From Octopus sinensis (Eukaryota), in assembly GCF_006345805.1 (NCBI RefSeq), contig NC_042997.1, positions 194,246,001-194,310,000 on the forward strand: a stretch of DNA of 64,000 nt, in the 5' to 3' direction. Made by a program: the position numbers and the translations under genes. Below, in pieces: positions 1 to 13,436 of the stretch (position 1 is its first letter; each line of letters begins with the position of its first letter). Under the pieces are notes generated by a model. The model was not told the origin of the DNA, did not search any database, and was given only the letters and a program-made list of their open reading frames with translations.

Positions 1-1503
1 CCACGTAAGAAAATTTCTCGAATTACTCTAAACCAACAAAGTAACAGACCCAAGCGATATTCTTCTCTATACTTATAGAGTTAACTCCTGTTTTCGTCAC
101 ACGGCTCAGTAATTCCGTCTATACTTAGATTTATCTAAGTCTATCGATACACATGAGAAAAGCCTTTATGATCCTACTAAGTACCGTACTGTCGCGCTTA
201 CGTTCAACAATACTCCTTCCCTCCTTAGCAACCATCAGTGAAGTTTCACCAGAGCTAAGCTAAAAGAGATTCTTCTTCTGTATATGTCACTGGTGACCAC
301 TCGCCTTTTTATTCTTATTTTTACTTTGTTGGGCTTTGGTGAACTTATGAGCAATAAAGTCTTCGGCCACATCTGACATCCAAAGCTCTTAGTTAAGTCG
401 CTTAAATCCGACCTATCTAGTAAACCTTAATTGAGAGGTGTTTTTTCCATCAGACTCGTCAAAAACAGCTTGTGATGTCGGATTTCTTTCTGACCCATAT
501 TCTATCAACTCAGCAATTATTCAAAGTTCTGTTCTGAGCTCCACACTCTTCATTCTGTGAACAGCATCCCAAACAAGCCATTCGGCTGTTTGATTAAGGA
601 TCATTCACAAACCGGCCAAGATCACTGATCTTGAAACATGTAGAACCTTCTCTTCGACCTTACAACTACCAATAGTTTCAAACTCTTCTGAACTGTCAAG
701 TTACCACTACAATCCTTCAGTCTCTTAACATCTCATCATTCATTCTGTATTTTATCTCTCCCCCAACACGATCTCAAGTCCCCGCGAAATCTCTCAGCCA
801 ACGTTCTCGCTTAGCCCCTCTCAAGTCCTCAACAAACATCACAGCCTGTTTTGTTGAGCTTCAGACCATTTCTTATCAAATAGACCAATAATCGAAAGCT
901 TTCCATCCGTGACCATCATTTTTCAACCCCACCAGTATTTATTTAGAAGTCCGTTTGTATTCCTATATATTCTACATGTATGTGTATATGTGAGTATATA
1001 TGTTTTTATGCATAACTTTTTCTATATACTTTTCAGTTTCTACAAGACCAAGTCAGTCACCTACAGGGTGAAATGCTGGATATTAAGAACACATATAGTG
1101 AAGTGAGTTTGCTACGAGATAGGCTTACCTTATTGGAAAAACTTGTAATTAAAGGTAAGATAATTCCATTAATATTATTTGCCAATGAAATACCAAAATA
1201 TTTATTTAAATTTAAATGACTTTATTGTTACCAGAATAAACATCAGTGTATATATATATATCATATTCATTATCAGCAGTATCCGTTCAAAATAGTATTT
1301 TGTATATCTAAGTTAATGTGGATATACTATAAAAGGCCAACAATATTCGATATTCTTCTCGAGAAAGCATCTCGTATAAAAACGTATAGTGCTAAAAGGC
1401 ACAGAATTATATCAGCAGCAGACGAAAAACGCCCATCATCAGCAGTGGAATTACTAAATCTAGATTTCTGCTTCTTTGGGCGTCATCAGCAGCCAGTATC
1501 CAC

Positions 1504-1590
<87 letters not shown>
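1504..1590. repeat. (GTA)n microsatellite
   Basis: Pure AGT/GTA tandem run; source of the poly-V and poly-L ORFs. Confidence 0.95.
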
Positions 1591-1860
1591 TTCTGACTTA
1601 GGCCCAAGACTGACAATTTTTATTGGTGGTGGGAGGGATTAAAAAATACCATGGGTCACCGCACGTTGACTGGTACTTAGACCGGTATTTCATTTTATTG
1701 GCCATGAAGGGAGGAAAACCAAAGTTGACCTTGGAAGTTTTGTGACGTTCTCAGTCCAAAAGTCACCGAGGTCAACTTTGCTGTTAATCCTTTTGCGGTC
1801 GAAACTAGTCAGGCACTGGGACCAATGGTATTTGCTAACAGTTGGCCTAAATCAGAAACC

Positions 1861-1903
<43 letters not shown>

Positions 1904-1940
1904 TTAATAATAATAATAAAAACAATGATAATGATAATAA

Positions 1941-2455
1941 ATGCCTGGTGCAGTATCTGGCAGTGGCTCTCATGGCTTCTGACCCTAACTGATTGGAAAT
2001 GTTATCATGTACATTGTTTTGTCTTGGTAAAAAAGATGGACTACAGCAAATATTCTGCTCAATATCACAGATTTGCTTGCCAGTTGTTTGACCTTAACCA
2101 GTTGAGCATGTCCCTTAGTGGATCGCTGATCACGAGCAGAAGTAGTGGGGGAGGATCATAGCCATGTATTGAGAGGAATTCTTTCGTGTTTGAATAATTC
2201 ACCCCTGGAAACATGGGTGTTTTGTTCAACATCCTTAAAACAAACTTTTGAGCGGGAAGGGATACTCGACCTGAAGAAAATTATAACTGGGCCCCACCTG
2301 CAAGGTCATGCACTGTTTATCTTGATATATGGTCACCATGTCGTGCGCATATGATTGTGATGTATGTGTTTGGTGTACCCTTATCAGATTGGTATACTGA
2401 ACTTCGTATATTTTAACCCAGTGTCACTTTGACGGCATGCACTGCTCTCTCATTC
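1941..2455 (+). mobile_element. ~515 bp non-coding dispersed repeat embedded in (AAT)n arrays
   Basis: Reverse-complement homologs at 53218-53591 and 53619-54130; (AAT)n on both sides. Confidence 0.8.
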
Positions 2456-2525
<70 letters not shown>

Positions 2526-2748
2526 CTGGTAATAGTAGTAGCAGTAGTAGTAGTAGTAATGATGAAGATAATAATAATAATAATAATAATAATAGTAGTA
2601 GTAGTAGTAGTAGTAGTAATAATGACTTTAGGATTGTCATTTGTGATGTTGATGTTATATATTCAGTATATTTTTTCTCAAACGTATAAATTTGTTCATA
2701 TAATTGTTTTATTATTAATATAGTTATATTATTGATTTTGTGTGTGTG

Positions 2749-2827
<79 letters not shown>

Positions 2828-3060
2828 CGATTTGATTGATGGATGGGTGTATATTAATCTATACACATAACATACCTCAATATTGTGTCTAATATTGTCT
2901 ATGTATGTACGTCTATGCCTTTTGATGGAAGTTCGATGTGACGTTGACATGTGTTAGTCTCAGTGTGTATGCGTATTACATAGGTACAAGTCTTGCGTTA
3001 GTATATGCATGTGCATACCTCTCTGTCTGCCTCTTTGTATGTCATTCTCTTACGGACGGG

Positions 3061-3504
3061 GGATCTTTTCGGTTTGAACGGCAGTTTTTTCTAGCGGTGT
3101 CATATGAAATTGTCACCCATAATTATGACCCTAGTATCGATCTATTGCATTTCAATCTATTTTAGGGTTAGGATTTGTTCGGGTTAGGTTTAGGGTTAGG
3201 GTTAGGGGTGGGGGAAGGGTTTCTTTTTTTCTTCAGAAATGTAAATAAACCGAATCTGTTTCTTATACGAGGGACATATTCATACGACACAGAATGTTGT
3301 TTACCTCAATGGACGTCATTGATTGGTTGAAATTGCAGAAATTGAAGAAAAAAACAACAAATATCTAACAAACTATAGAATTTTCTCAATAAACCCAAAA
3401 GAAAAAGATGTTTTATAAACACATTCTACCAGTATACGAAGTTTAAAAGAGTTTAGTTACGTGGAAATTATTTTAAAAAACTGCCGTTCAAACCGAAAAG
3501 ATCC
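3061..3504. mobile_element. MITE with ~30 bp TIRs and 8 bp TSD (Merlin-like), internal TTAGGG repeats
   Basis: TIR GGATCTTTTCGGTTTGAACGGCAGTTTTTT / AAAAAACTGCCGTTCAAACCGAAAAGATCC; TSD CGGACGGG at 3053-3060 and 3505-3512; second copy at 61472. Confidence 0.88.
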
Positions 3505-4302
3505 CGGACGGGAAATTATATTCGATATCAATTTTAGTATATTTAATATTTTACTTATGTTGCACTCCAAATAGCAAAAACTAAAACGACATAAATTGAA
3601 ATTAAATTCGATATGAGCCGAATATTCTACAAACACGAATTTAAATTTCATTTTTGTATTTCCTTATCGTGAATTCCAATTTGAAATAGAATTTCAGATA
3701 TTCTTTTTTTATTTTTTTAGAACCGATGCGCTTTTTTTTTTTCTTTTTTCCCCCTCGATCTTTGGTTTTTAGGTGCATATATCTGCGGGACAGAAAATGA
3801 AACAATAGGGAAATACAAAAATAGGCTTGGATATCCCGAGTAAGCGAAACGAATATGTAAATGTTTAAAAGCCACTTATATAATTTCATTAAATGGAAAT
3901 ATATTAATTTAAAATTAATTTAAACTTGTCTTCCGTTAAATCTTTTCAAATTTATTTATATTATTCATAGAAGTGCTTCCAGTTTATTTTTAATTTATCA
4001 TTCTTCTTGTTTATGACTTGGTTTATATTTTTGATAATACTTCCTATTAAGATCGTCTACGACTCAAACAATTTGTAACGTAGGCCTTTTGAAGTCATGT
4101 TCACAACATCGTCATTAATCTTAAAACAGAAGTTGCTATTTAAAAAAGTTAAATATTTTAATAGATATATAAATAAAATATGAACGGGTTATTAAACATT
4201 ATTTAATACTAACTTTTGCGCATTTACATAATCGTTCCACTTCTTCGGGTGACCCAAGTCTATTTTTGTATTTTCTTTGGTTTCATTCTGAGTCCCATAG
4301 GC

Positions 4303-4950
4303 AAGGCGGCGAGCTGGCAGAATCGTTAGCAGCCCAGGCGAAATGCTGAGCGGTATTTCGTCTACCGCTACGTTCTGAGTTCAAATTCCGCCGAAGTAAA
4401 CTTTGCCTTTCATCCTTTTGGGGTCGATTAAATAAGTACCAGTTACGCACAGGGGTCGATGTAATCGACTTAATCCGTGTGTCTGTCCTTGTTTGTCCCC
4501 TCTATGTTTAGCCCCTTGTGGGTAATAAAGAAATAGGTATTTCGTCTGTCGTTACGTTGTGAGTTCAAATTCCGCCGAGGTTGACTTTGCCTTTCATCCT
4601 TTCGGGGGTCGATAAATTAAGTACCAGTTCCGCACTGGGGTCGATGTAATCGACTTAAACCCTTTGTTTTGTCTTTGTTTTGTCTTTGGTTTGTCTTTGT
4701 TTTGTCTTTGTTTGTCCCCTCTATGTTTAGCCCCTTGTGGGTAATAAAGAAATAAGAATCGTTAGCGCATCAGATCAAATGCGTAGCAGCATTTCATCCA
4801 CCCTTTTACATACTAAGCTCTACTCCCGCTGAGGTCAACTTAACCGTTCATCTGTTCGGGGTCAATGAAATAAATATTAGTAAAGTACTGGGATCGATAT
4901 GATCGACTAACCCCATTCCCCAAATTTCAGGTATAGCCCCTATATTAGAA
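4303..4950 (+). mobile_element. SINE family A (tRNA-derived), tandem multimer
   Basis: Head GGCGGCGAGCTGGCAGAA, B-box-like GAGTTCAAATTCC, core GCCTTTCATCCTTTCGGGGTCGATAAATTAAGTACCAG; repeated units. Confidence 0.9.
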
Positions 4951-5675
4951 ACATTTCTTGCTGTAAATATATGTACTCAAAACCATTGATCGTTACTTTT
5001 TATTTCCAACTCAGTTTTAGCAATTTTCTGACCGAGAAGAAATTATAAAATATTTATATTTAAAATAAAATAGTCGAATCAATTTCTCCCTCCAAACCAC
5101 ATCTCGTAGTCTCTGCATAAGCATGTTCTATAAGTAAGTAGTAAAGTCATTGTAGCCGTATTTATTGTAGTCTGTAGTTCTTTCTGACTTTAATATTGTT
5201 ATCCACAAACAATATCTATCTGTTTTTCTACCACTGCGATAATCTCACTTCTCTCACTCTGTCGCCCCGGTTCTCTTTCTGTCATTTCATCATTTTCAAC
5301 TCGCTTTTTTGGTCACGTTGCCTTGGACGAGCGGGACCAACGTAGATTAGAAAATTACTTTTTGTTTTGCCGAGGAGGAGGCAACCTCTCTAGTGCAGGC
5401 GCCATAATAAAATGCACACTGTATTGTTTGTAAAGTGGCGGGTAATGAGGAGCGGCAAGTGTTTCTAGAAAGCATGCCAAAAAGGGAACGTGAGTGGAAG
5501 GCGTGATTCCTGAGCTGTCTATTAGGGTAGTGACTAAAAACAAAGGACTTGGACCGTGGTGAAGCATTCAAGTCGTATTTGCATAGAAAGTGGATCTAAA
5601 ACGATAACGATGAAGAGGAGGAGAAGGAGGACGACGATGAGAATGATGATGATGATGACGACAACGATAATGACA

Positions 5676-6280
<605 letters not shown>

Positions 6281-6955
6281 TATATGTGCAGATTTGTATG
6301 GTTTGCTTTATCTATGTATTCTCATGCACATAGTTGCGTATCTAGAAATGCTCTTGTATATTTAAATGACAAACTTCTGGAAAGTTTTACAGATTTTTAC
6401 AGTTCCAGTGATGGATTGGATCTGTAGTCTTCGAATTAGCTTTCTCCTTTCTGGTTTTGAGAAGCCTAATTTCCCAAGATTTAGGCAGTATGTATGTATG
6501 TATGTATGTATGTATGTATGTATGCGTACTGCATATATTCCATTTGTATTAAACTAAATTTGAATATATAGCCTACGTAATAATTACCTATTCAGGCAAG
6601 TAAATGACAGAATTAATAACGCATGAAGAAAATACTTCGCAGTATTTAATTATGTCCTCTTTTCGTTGTGAGTTCAAATTTCGCTGTGGCCAGCTTAATC
6701 ATTACTCTTTCAAGATCGTTATGAAATGAAATACTAGCCAGATATTATCTCTCGAAGCTCTCTACTACAACCTTTGATAGAAATTATCTATCTTCTATTG
6801 TTAAGGGTTGTTGAATGCAGTATCTGGAAAATACTGGATATAAATGCTTGCGTAGTATTTACTGAAGGCGCTTGGTGGAATGGAGAAGGTGTTGGGCCTC
6901 ATTATTGTGAGTTCGATTCCTGAGATGAGAATTTCACGATATTCTGGTCATCTTG

Positions 6956-7257
6956 TTTGATCCTCCTCGAGCCATGCCTGGCTCATTAGGGCTGGTTTCC
7001 TGGTTTCCTTGGCGTATAGATTCCCCACCTGGACGGGACGCCGGTCCGTCGCAGGTGAGCTGCAAGATGCAGGAGGAAAGAGTGAGAGAAAGTTGTGGCG
7101 AAAGAGTCAGCAGAAGTTCGCTATTACTTTCTGCCGGAGCCGCGTGGAGTTTAGGTGTTTTCGCTCATAAACACACACATCACCCGGTCTGAGATTCGAA
7201 CCCGCGATCCCTCGACCGCGAGTCCGCTGCTCTAACCACTAGGCCATGTGCCTCCAC
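6956..7257 (-). mobile_element. SINE family C (tRNA-derived), tail type 1
   Basis: Minus-strand head GTGGAGGCACATGGCCTAGTGGTTAGAGC...GGGTTCGAATCTC; imperfect 13 bp TSD TCTGGTCATCTTG / TCCGGTTATCTTG. Confidence 0.88.
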
Positions 7258-7607
7258 TCCGGTTATCTTGGCTAAAACATGTTTCGGAGCGGACGGCTGG
7301 AAAAGCTCTTTCTCCCTTCAGCTGCCACATCTTAGACGTAACAACTGGAGATTCCAACGAAAAAACTTAGACGTTCCTATGGGATAAAGATGGAATGTTC
7401 TGGAGGATGTCTGTGCCTACACGTGATTTAATACACATCAAAAACCAACCAGCAAAATCATAGTACAAGTAACCAGAGCATACTCGCTTGTGAGTGACGG
7501 CTAAGCATTTTCTTTTTATTTACTTAGGTCCAATTTCTTGGAATTTGTCATGACCTTTATTTAACAAAGCTATCTCATAAACCAGATTCATTTTCGGCTT
7601 TCTCTCT

Positions 7608-7639
<32 letters not shown>

Positions 7640-7678
7640 TCCTGCTTTCTTTCTTTCTTTCTTTTTTGCACATTCCAG

Positions 7679-7786
7679 TTGTCATCTACAGGCAAGATGC
7701 AACAATGAACGTTGGTATACGATTTGCGATGGATATATAAACTATTCCAATTATACGAATATGGCAAACAGATCCTTCTATGTGAA
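7679..7786 (+). CDS. candidate internal coding exon (CHLQARCNNERWYTICDGYINYSNYTNMANRSFYV) of an extracellular protein
   Basis: Long polypyrimidine tract + CCAG acceptor; 108 bp with one open frame, phase 2-2; 3 Cys and 3 N-glycosylation sequons; donor GTAATG is weak. Confidence 0.5.
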
Positions 7787-7798
7787 GTAATGTAAACT

Positions 7799-7871
<73 letters not shown>

Positions 7872-8218
7872 TGTGTGTATGTGTGTGTGTATTCTTCCGA
7901 TGTCAAACATTGCTGATCTCGGGACATGATATCCATCTTCATAAAACAATCACACTGATTTCGTTGTAATGCGTGTCTCTTTATTTTCTAATTCTTCGAA
8001 TTCTTGCCACAAAGAAGCGACTGCTTTCTAACGACTAAACAAAGCTCCTTCTTTGGAATTCAGATAACAACCGAAGTAACGTCTTGAATTTCATATAAAA
8101 GTCATAAAAGCCATTAAGGTTTCAGTTACAGAATGAATTTGCTGGGAGACAATCGCGCACATAAAATGTACAGAGAATTTATACTGCAGCCTTGTTGCTG
8201 TATAAATTCTTCATTATA

Positions 8219-8512
8219 GGCGTAGACATGGATGTGTGGTTAGAAAGGTCTCTTTGCAACCACCTGAGTTTAAGTTCAGTTCCACTGCCCGGCACCTTGG
8301 AGGCGAATCTTTTACAGTAGATTCAGTCCCACTGCGTGGCATCTTGGGCAAGTGTCTTCTACTAAAGCCTCGGGCCTTGTGAGTGGATTTGGTAGACGGA
8401 AACTGAAAGAATCCTGAGACCAATAGAATAAGTACATGGTTTACAAAGAGTAAGTCCTGTTCGACTAAAATGCAGTGCTCCAGCATGGCTGCAGTCAAAT
8501 GACTGAAATGAA
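8219..8512 (+). mobile_element. SINE family B, internally deleted
   Basis: GTTCAGTCCCACTGCGTGGCATCTTGGGCAAGTGTC and tail CAGCATGGCTGCAGTCAAATGACTGAAA. Confidence 0.85.
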
Positions 8513-8521
8513 TATACATGT

Positions 8522-8573
<52 letters not shown>

Positions 8574-8670
8574 ATACTTTACCTCTGAGGCAATATATGC
8601 ATATATTTATTTATACATGTGTGCGTGTGTGTGTGTGTGTGTGTCCTACTGTGCCACATTTTACTATATA

Positions 8671-8717
<47 letters not shown>

Positions 8718-8778
8718 ATCATGTTGGATCGTTAGCTCCTACACGCATTTTTTTCTCTCCTTGTTTCTTTTCTGTGTA

Positions 8779-8816
8779 TCTTTCTGTCGAAGAGCGTAGG
8801 CTCGAAACGTAAAAGA
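8779..8816 (+). ncRNA. minimal type I hammerhead-like motif, U6 core variant
   Basis: TCTTT-CTGTCGA-A-GAGC(GTAG)GCTC-GAAA-CG-TA-AAAGA; homolog at 17930-17967 (-). Confidence 0.55.
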
Positions 8817-8912
8817 CTTGTTTTATTTCTATTCCTGAGCGCCATACTAATACAATTGTTTGTTTGTACTCCACCTGCCTTCGTCTTTTGTTTATTTTCG
8901 TAAACCTTCCCG

Positions 8913-8951
<39 letters not shown>

Positions 8952-8984
8952 GTACATACATACATATATACATACATATATACA

Positions 8985-9034
<50 letters not shown>

Positions 9035-9048
9035 CATACATACATACA

Positions 9049-9084
<36 letters not shown>

Positions 9085-9149
9085 TATATATTATATATAT
9101 ATATATATATACATACATACATACATACATACATCCATACATACATACA

Positions 9150-9197
<48 letters not shown>

Positions 9198-9198
<1 letters not shown>

Positions 9199-9443
9199 GT
9201 TAATAAAATAGAACATATGCATATATATAAACATATATGTACGTACCTACCTCTACATGTACATATACACGCATATATGTGTACAGGACACCAAAAAGAC
9301 GTCGAACACATAGAGAGACGAAAAACATAGACACAAACCAAGGAACAAGACAAGCAAAAAAAGAGATACAGGACAATAAGCACAACGAAAAATCCCCTTC
9401 TTCAGTCGCTAAGGTTTCATCTACTAAACGTTTCGAAGGATAT
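9198..9443 (-). mobile_element. dispersed repeat (Penelope-like terminal-repeat fragment)
   Basis: Close homolog at ~41445-41705; contains CGAAACGT and CTGAAGA motifs on the minus strand. Confidence 0.6.
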
Positions 9444-9629
9444 ATATATATACGCATATGCTCTGTATGAGCATATGCGCTTACGTGTCCCTGTGTGAAA
9501 GTGTGACTGCGCGTATTGTCTATGAACAATATGAATATGTTTGTGTGAGTGTGCGCGAGTGTATGCTGGGTGTTTTTGTAAGACTACCTCATACACCCAC
9601 ATAAATAACTATACACCCGGTGATTTTTT

Positions 9630-10311
9630 ATGTACCTGCATGTGTTTGTTTGTGTGTGTCTGTGTGTGTCTGTGCGTGTGTGTCTGTGTGTGTGTTTGTG
9701 TCTGTCTGTGTGTCTGTCTGTGTGTATGTGTGTCTGTGTGTGTGCTTGTGTGTCTGTATGTGTGTTTATGTGTGTGGTGTTTGAGTGTGTGTGTGTGTAC
9801 GTGTGTGTGTGTGCGTCTGTGTGTGTATGTGTGTGTGCGTTTGTGTGTGTCTGTGGTGTTTGAGTGTGTATGTAGTGTTTGAGTGTGTGTGTATGTATGT
9901 ACGTGTGTATGTATGTGCGTGTGTGTGTGTATTTGTGTATGTGTCTATGTGGTGTTTGAGTGTGTCTGTGTACTTGTGTGTGTGTCTATGTGTCCGTGTC
10001 TGTGTCTATATGTGTGTGTCCGTGTCCGTGTGTGTGTGTGGTGTTTGAGTGTGTGTGTCTGTGTGTGTGTCCGTGTCTGTGTCTATGTGTCCGTGTCTGT
10101 GTCTATATGTGTGTGTCCGTGTCCGTGTGTGTGTTTGTGTCTGTGTATGTGTCTGTTGTGTGTGTGTCCGTGTCTGTGTCTATGTGTCCGTGTCTGTGTC
10201 TATATGTGTGTGTCCGTGTCCGTGTGTGTTTGTGTGTGTGTGTGTCTGTGTGTGTGTCCGTGTCTGTGTCTATGTGTCCGTGTCTGTGTCTATATGTGTG
10301 TGTCCGTGTCC

Positions 10312-10343
<32 letters not shown>

Positions 10344-10599
10344 CTGTGTGTGTGTCCGTGTCTGTGTCTATGTGTCCGTGTCTGTGTCTATGTGTGTGTC
10401 CGTGTCCGTGTGTGTGTGGGTGTGTGTGTGTGTGTGTCTGTGTGTGTGTCCGTGTCTGTGTCTATGTGTCCGTGTCTGTGTCATATAGTGTGTGTCCGTG
10501 TCCGTGTGTGTGTGTGTTTGTGGTGTGTGTGTGTGTGTATGTGGTGTCCGTGTCTGTGTCTATGTGTCCGTTGTCTGTGTCTATATGTGTGTGTCCGTG

Positions 10600-10635
<36 letters not shown>

Positions 10636-10890
10636 TGTGTGTGTGTCCGTGTCTGTGTCTATGTGTCCGTGTCTGTGTCTATATGTGTGTGTCCGTGTCC
10701 GTGTGTGTGTGTGTTTGTGTCTGTGTATGTGTCTGTGTGTGTGTGTCCGTGTCTGTGTCTATGTGTCCGTGTCTGTGTCTATATGTGTGTGTCCGTGTCT
10801 GTGTGTGTGTCCGTGTCTGTGTCTATGTGTCCGTGTCTGTGTCTATATGTGTGTGTCCGTGTCCGTGTGTGTGTGTGTGTGTGTGTCTGT
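9630..10890. repeat. complex (TG)n-derived minisatellite with higher-order units
   Basis: Recurring block GTCCGTGTCTGTGTCTATGTGTCCGTGTCTGTGTCTATATGTGTGTGTCCGTGTCC. Confidence 0.9.
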
Positions 10891-11046
10891 GTCACTCACC
10901 CATGTCCTCTATAATTACCCGTTCGGCTGATATGCATGTGGATGCCTTTGTGTGCAGCAAGTAGCAAGTGTGTCTATGACTGCTTCTTGGTGCGTTGTCA
11001 CTGCATGTGTGTGCATTTCAATCCTCGCTCAAGACAATACCTACAT

Positions 11047-11241
11047 ATGTGTGTATGTGTGTATGTGTATGTATGTATGTATGTATGTATGTATGCATGT
11101 ATGTATGTATGTATGTATGTATGTATGTATGCATGTATGTATGTATATGCATGTATGTATGTATGTATGTATGTATGTATGTATGTATGTATGTATGTAT
11201 GTATGTATGCATGTATGTATGTATGTATGTATGTATGTATG

Positions 11242-11273
<32 letters not shown>

Positions 11274-11301
11274 CATGTATGTATGTATGTATGTATGTAT
11301 G

Positions 11302-11333
<32 letters not shown>

Positions 11334-11940
11334 AATCTATGCATGTATGTATGTATGTATGTATGTATGTATGTATGCATGTATGTATGTATGTATGTAT
11401 GTATGTATGAATCTATGCATGTATGTATGTATGTATGTATGTATGTATGTATGTATGTATGCATGTATGTATGTATGTATGCATGTATGTATGTATGTAT
11501 GTATGAATCTATGCATGTATGTATGTATGTATGTATGTATGTATGTATGTATGTATGTATGTATGTATGTATGTATGTATATGCATGTATGTATGCATGT
11601 ATGTATGCATGTATGTATGCATGTATGTATGTATGTATGTATGTATGTATGTATGTATGTATGTATGTATGTATGTATGTATGTATGTATATGCATGTAT
11701 GTATGTATGCATGTATGTATTTATATATGTATATATGTGTATGTATGTATATATATATGTATGTATGTATATATGTATGTATGTATGTGTGTATGTATGT
11801 ATGTATGTATGTATGTATGTATATGCATGTATGTATGCATGTATGTATGTATGTATGTATGTATGCATGTATGTATGTATGTATATGCATGTATGTATGC
11901 ATGTATGTATTTATATATGTATGTATGTGTATGTATGTTT
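11047..11940. repeat. long interrupted (TATG)n microsatellite
   Basis: TATG run with recurring TGCA and GAATCTATGC variants. Confidence 0.95.
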
Positions 11941-12399
11941 ACATGACACACACATACACACACATACACACACATACACTCACATATATATGTTATATAT
12001 ATATAGTTATATATAGTTATATATATATATAATTATATATAACAGTTATATATAGTTATATATATATATATAGTTATATATGTACAAGTGTATGTGAATA
12101 TATATTTATATGCTATATGTTGTCTATGTACGTATGAGTGCGTTTTAACGTGTTACCGCTCACAGCTCTTTGTATCTATATGCGGTGCGCCCTCCTCTCA
12201 TCTGTCGGACACAAATGAGCCACGCTGGTTCTCCCCACTTAAAAACCTATTATTATTACCTGTTGGTAACAGAAACAGCAACATGCCACCTTAATGCTTC
12301 TGTGTTTTTCTAATGACGTCAACAAACCAACAAATTAGAGAGAAGCACCACATCACTGATTAATTAGATTAAATTTCCTCACTTCATCAAATTTCTTAG

Positions 12400-12441
12400 C
12401 ACTAACTTGACTGTTATTGTCCGCGTACATGGCGTCACTAG
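12400..12441 (+). CDS. candidate 42 bp micro-exon (TNLTVIVRVHGVT)
   Basis: TTTCTTAG acceptor, consensus AG|GTAAGT donor, open in phase 2-2 and compatible with 7679-7786; NLT sequon. Confidence 0.4.
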
Positions 12442-12892
12442 GTAAGTTCTTTCAGTCATTATTACGTTTGGCGAGCTGGCAGAATCGTTAGCACGCTGTA
12501 CAAAATAAATACTTAGCGGCATTACGTCCGTCTTTTCGTTCTGAATTCAAATTCCGCCGAAATCGACTTTATTTTTATTCTTTTGGGGGTCGAAGAAATC
12601 GACTATCCTTCTTCCCCACCCCAATCTCAGGCCTTGTGCTTATAGCAGAAAGGATTATTACAGTATTTGATGCCTACTGGGGTACACCATTTTACGCGAA
12701 TATAAAGATTGTTTTTACCATTAATCTGCTGTGTCGAGGAAGTAATGCTTCGTTGAAGAGGTTTAATAAGAGCGAAATACGTCTTGAGTTGTCGTTCGTA
12801 ACTGCGTAAGTCTGATAAACACTAGCAGTACCTGTGTGTTTTACTATTTTTTTAACTAGGTGTGCACATTTTAGGGAAACTATACAACATAT

Positions 12893-13250
12893 AGGCGCAG
12901 ATGTGGATATATGGTTAAGAAACGCGCCTTGCAACCACGTGTTTTTGGGTTCAGTCCCACTGTGCGACACTTGGGTTAGTATCTTATACTGTAGCCCCGA
13001 GCCGACAAATGCTTTGTGAGTTTGGGAGATGGAAATTGCATGGGTGCCCGTTGTATATATTATGTATATATCTTTGAGCCTCAGTTGGTTTGTTTGTGTC
13101 CCGGTAACTTAGCGATTTGGCAAAAGAGAAGGATAGAGTAAGTACCAGACTTTAAAAAAGTGAAGTGCTAGGGTCAGTTTATACGACTAAAACTGTTCTA
13201 GGCAGTGCTCCAGTATGACCATAGTCCTATGACTAAAACGAATAAAGGAG
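12893..13250 (+). mobile_element. SINE family B, diverged
   Basis: Head and tail similarity to other B copies. Confidence 0.8.
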
Positions 13251-13436
13251 CATGGACGATAAAGAAGAGCAGTATTTCATAATCCTTTCCACTTCAGACA
13301 CAAAGCCTGACTATATCGGCCCTAGTGTTCAACTGGTACTTATTTAATCGACCCTGAAAAAATAAAACGCAAAGTTAACCTCGGCTGAATTTGAACTCAG
13401 AGCGTAAAGCCGGCAGAAATGCCGCGAAGTAATTTT

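Noticed and set aside
1-950. Possible degraded retroelement coding sequence
   Set aside because: No frame gave a recognisable motif
3161-3215. TTAGGG repeats as a telomere or fusion relic
   Set aside because: Short and internal to a MITE present twice in the window
9541-12032. Long ORFs of 200-345 aa (CVCV, MYVC, HTYI repeats)
   Set aside because: Translations of stop-free microsatellites in several frames on both strands
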